A DNA stretch of 32,000 nucleotides from Pseudomonadota bacterium (GTDB lineage Bacteria; Pseudomonadota; Alphaproteobacteria; Micropepsales; Micropepsaceae): assembly GCA_018242105.1 (NCBI GenBank), contig JAFECP010000013.1, positions 40,650 to 72,649 of the forward strand, read 5' to 3'. The notes beneath the pieces were generated by a model. It searched no databases. It had not been told where the DNA came from and saw nothing but the letters and a program-made list of their open reading frames with translations. Position 1 is the stretch's first letter, and every line of letters begins with the position of its first letter. This document shows positions 31,080 to 32,000 of this stretch, piece by piece. The position numbers and the translations under genes are program-made.

Positions 31080-32000
31080 CTAGCTGGCCGCGAACTTCAT
31101 TAGCTTGATGGCTTCGAAGTTCTGGACGCCGCCGCCGACGCGCTTGGTGGTGTAGAACAGCACATAGGGTTTGGCGCTGAACGGATCGCGCAGCACGTTG
31201 ATGCCGACACGGTCCACGATGAGATAGCCGCGCGCGAAATCGCCGAACGCGATGGAGAAGCTGTTCGATGCGATGTCCGGCATGTCTTCCGCTTCCGCCA
31301 CCGGATAGCCGAGCAGCGAGGCGGATTGGCCCGCGGCGACGCCCGGCTGCCAGATATAGTTGTCGTCGCCGTCCTTGAACTTGCGGATGGCGGCTTCGGT
31401 CTTGCGGTTCATCACCCAGGCGCCGTTGGCGCGGTAACCCTGCTTCGGCGCATAGGCGAGATTGATGAGCGCATCGGCTGGATCGGATGACGCAAACGCG
31501 CCATCCGCGCCCGACGCGACATAGCCCAGCTTGCCCCACGCCCACGACGCATCCGCCACGATGGTGGATTGCAGGAAGCCGGTGGGCTTGGCGGAGCCGT
31601 CGCCATTGATGAAGGCGGCGCCTTCCTGTTCGGCGAACACAATCTGCACTTCGTTGGCGAGCCATTGCTCGATGTCCACCTGCGCGTCATCCAGCAGCGT
31701 CTGCGTCGCGGCGGGCATCGCGTACAATTCCATCGCCGGGAAATCGAGCGCGGCGATGGTCGGCGTGGTGGTCTGCGTGCGCGAATCGGTTTCGCCGACC
31801 CAGCCGGACGCAGCTTCCACCGTCGTGACCGGCTTGCGATAGGTGTTGCCGCCGATCTGTTGCACCGTCGCCAGCGCGCGGATCGGGGATGCCTTCGCCA
31901 GAACGCGGTCGATGGTCTGCGCGATCTCCAGCGGCACGACATAGCCGCCATCGGCGTTGCTGCCCACGCTCATCGCCTTGGTTTCGAACGTGCCATCGCC
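31080..32000 (-). CDS. g5: GTA g5 homologue, HK97-family major capsid protein. C-terminal ~306 codons only; the 5' end is beyond the right edge.
   Basis: ...GGYVVPLEIAQTIDRVLAKASPIRALATVQQIGGNTYRKPV...MELYAMPAATQTLLDDAQVDIEQWLANEV...ANGAWVMNRKTEAAIRKFKDGDDNYIWQPG...GYLIVDRVGINVLRDPFSAKPYVLFYTTKRVGGGVQNFEAIKLMKFAAS. The frame stays open upstream of the track ATG 31973, as far as position 32000. Confidence 0.92.
   Translation of the reverse strand, partial: GDGTFETKAMSVGSNADGGYVVPLEIAQTIDRVLAKASPIRALATVQQIGGNTYRKPVTTVEAASGWVGETDSRTQTTTPTIAALDFPAMELYAMPAATQTLLDDAQVDIEQWLANEVQIVFAEQEGAAFINGDGSAKPTGFLQSTIVADASWAWGKLGYVASGADGAFASSDPADALINLAYAPKQGYRANGAWVMNRKTEAAIRKFKDGDDNYIWQPGVAAGQSASLLGYPVAEAEDMPDIASNSFSIAFGDFARGYLIVDRVGINVLRDPFSAKPYVLFYTTKRVGGGVQNFEAIKLMKFAAS

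Larger units (their letters stand above)
18958..32000 (-). mobile_element. RcGTA-type gene transfer agent head-tail structural cluster (g5 partial through g15 plus a DUF2793 gene), continuing beyond the right edge
   Basis: The gene order is colinear with the Rhodobacter capsulatus GTA cluster. In order: HK97-type capsid, gp6-like connector, head-tail adaptor, DUF3168, TP901-1-type tail tube, g10/g10.1, short tape measure, DUF2460, DUF2163/BR0599, NlpC/P60 and a ~1300-aa g15. No integrase, replication or lysis genes are visible in the window. Confidence 0.88.

Noticed and set aside
18958-32000. Intact temperate prophage interpretation of the phage-like region
   Set aside because: The gene content and order match the GTA head-tail cluster (short tape measure, then g12-g15 types). 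No integrase, repressor, replication or lysis genes are visible in the window. The upstream part (g1-g4) is outside the window, so this remains a judgement.

Overview
High-GC (about two-thirds G+C by eye) alphaproteobacterial chromosome segment, coded almost entirely on the minus strand. Long plus-strand ORFs in the track are mostly antisense shadows.

The left ~17 kb looks like ordinary core genome:
- glnE (partial)
- a degP / OmpR-type regulator / histidine kinase unit
- cytochrome c maturation genes ccmE-ccmF-ccmH with overlapping stop/start codons
- a lipoprotein
- two family III CoA-transferases
- a 471-aa conserved hypothetical
- a PepSY / regulator / kinase operon
- a nitroreductase

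From ~17.8 kb to the right edge the window is accessory. First comes a lower-GC islet: a 55-aa membrane protein bracketed by two intrinsic terminators, and a formyltransferase-like gene. Then comes an RcGTA-type gene transfer agent (GTA) head-tail cluster: g5 (partial), g6, g7, g8, g9, g10, g10.1, g11, g12, g13, g14, g15 and a DUF2793 fibre-like gene.

The GTA itself is a known kind of system. What is unusual is how heavily it is decorated:
1. Four copies of a nested-palindrome repeat (CCTCCCCCG-TTTA/TAAA-CGGGGGAGG hairpin modules). One is inserted in frame inside the g14 NlpC/P60 peptidase, between two catalytic residues.
2. A second GTCATCCCGG-type palindromic repeat family (two copies), and a 26-bp long-range inverted repeat enclosing the g14 start.
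3. A TPR lipoprotein gene with its own strong terminator, inserted between g14 and g15.
4. A ~51% GC insert between g11 and g12 carrying an opposite-strand small hydrophobic ORF.
5. A g10/g10.1 junction that has no start codon but has an in-phase CCCTTTG slippery heptamer.

All calls come from reading the sequence and remembered family signatures. No database search was run. No rRNA, tRNA or CRISPR array was recognised.
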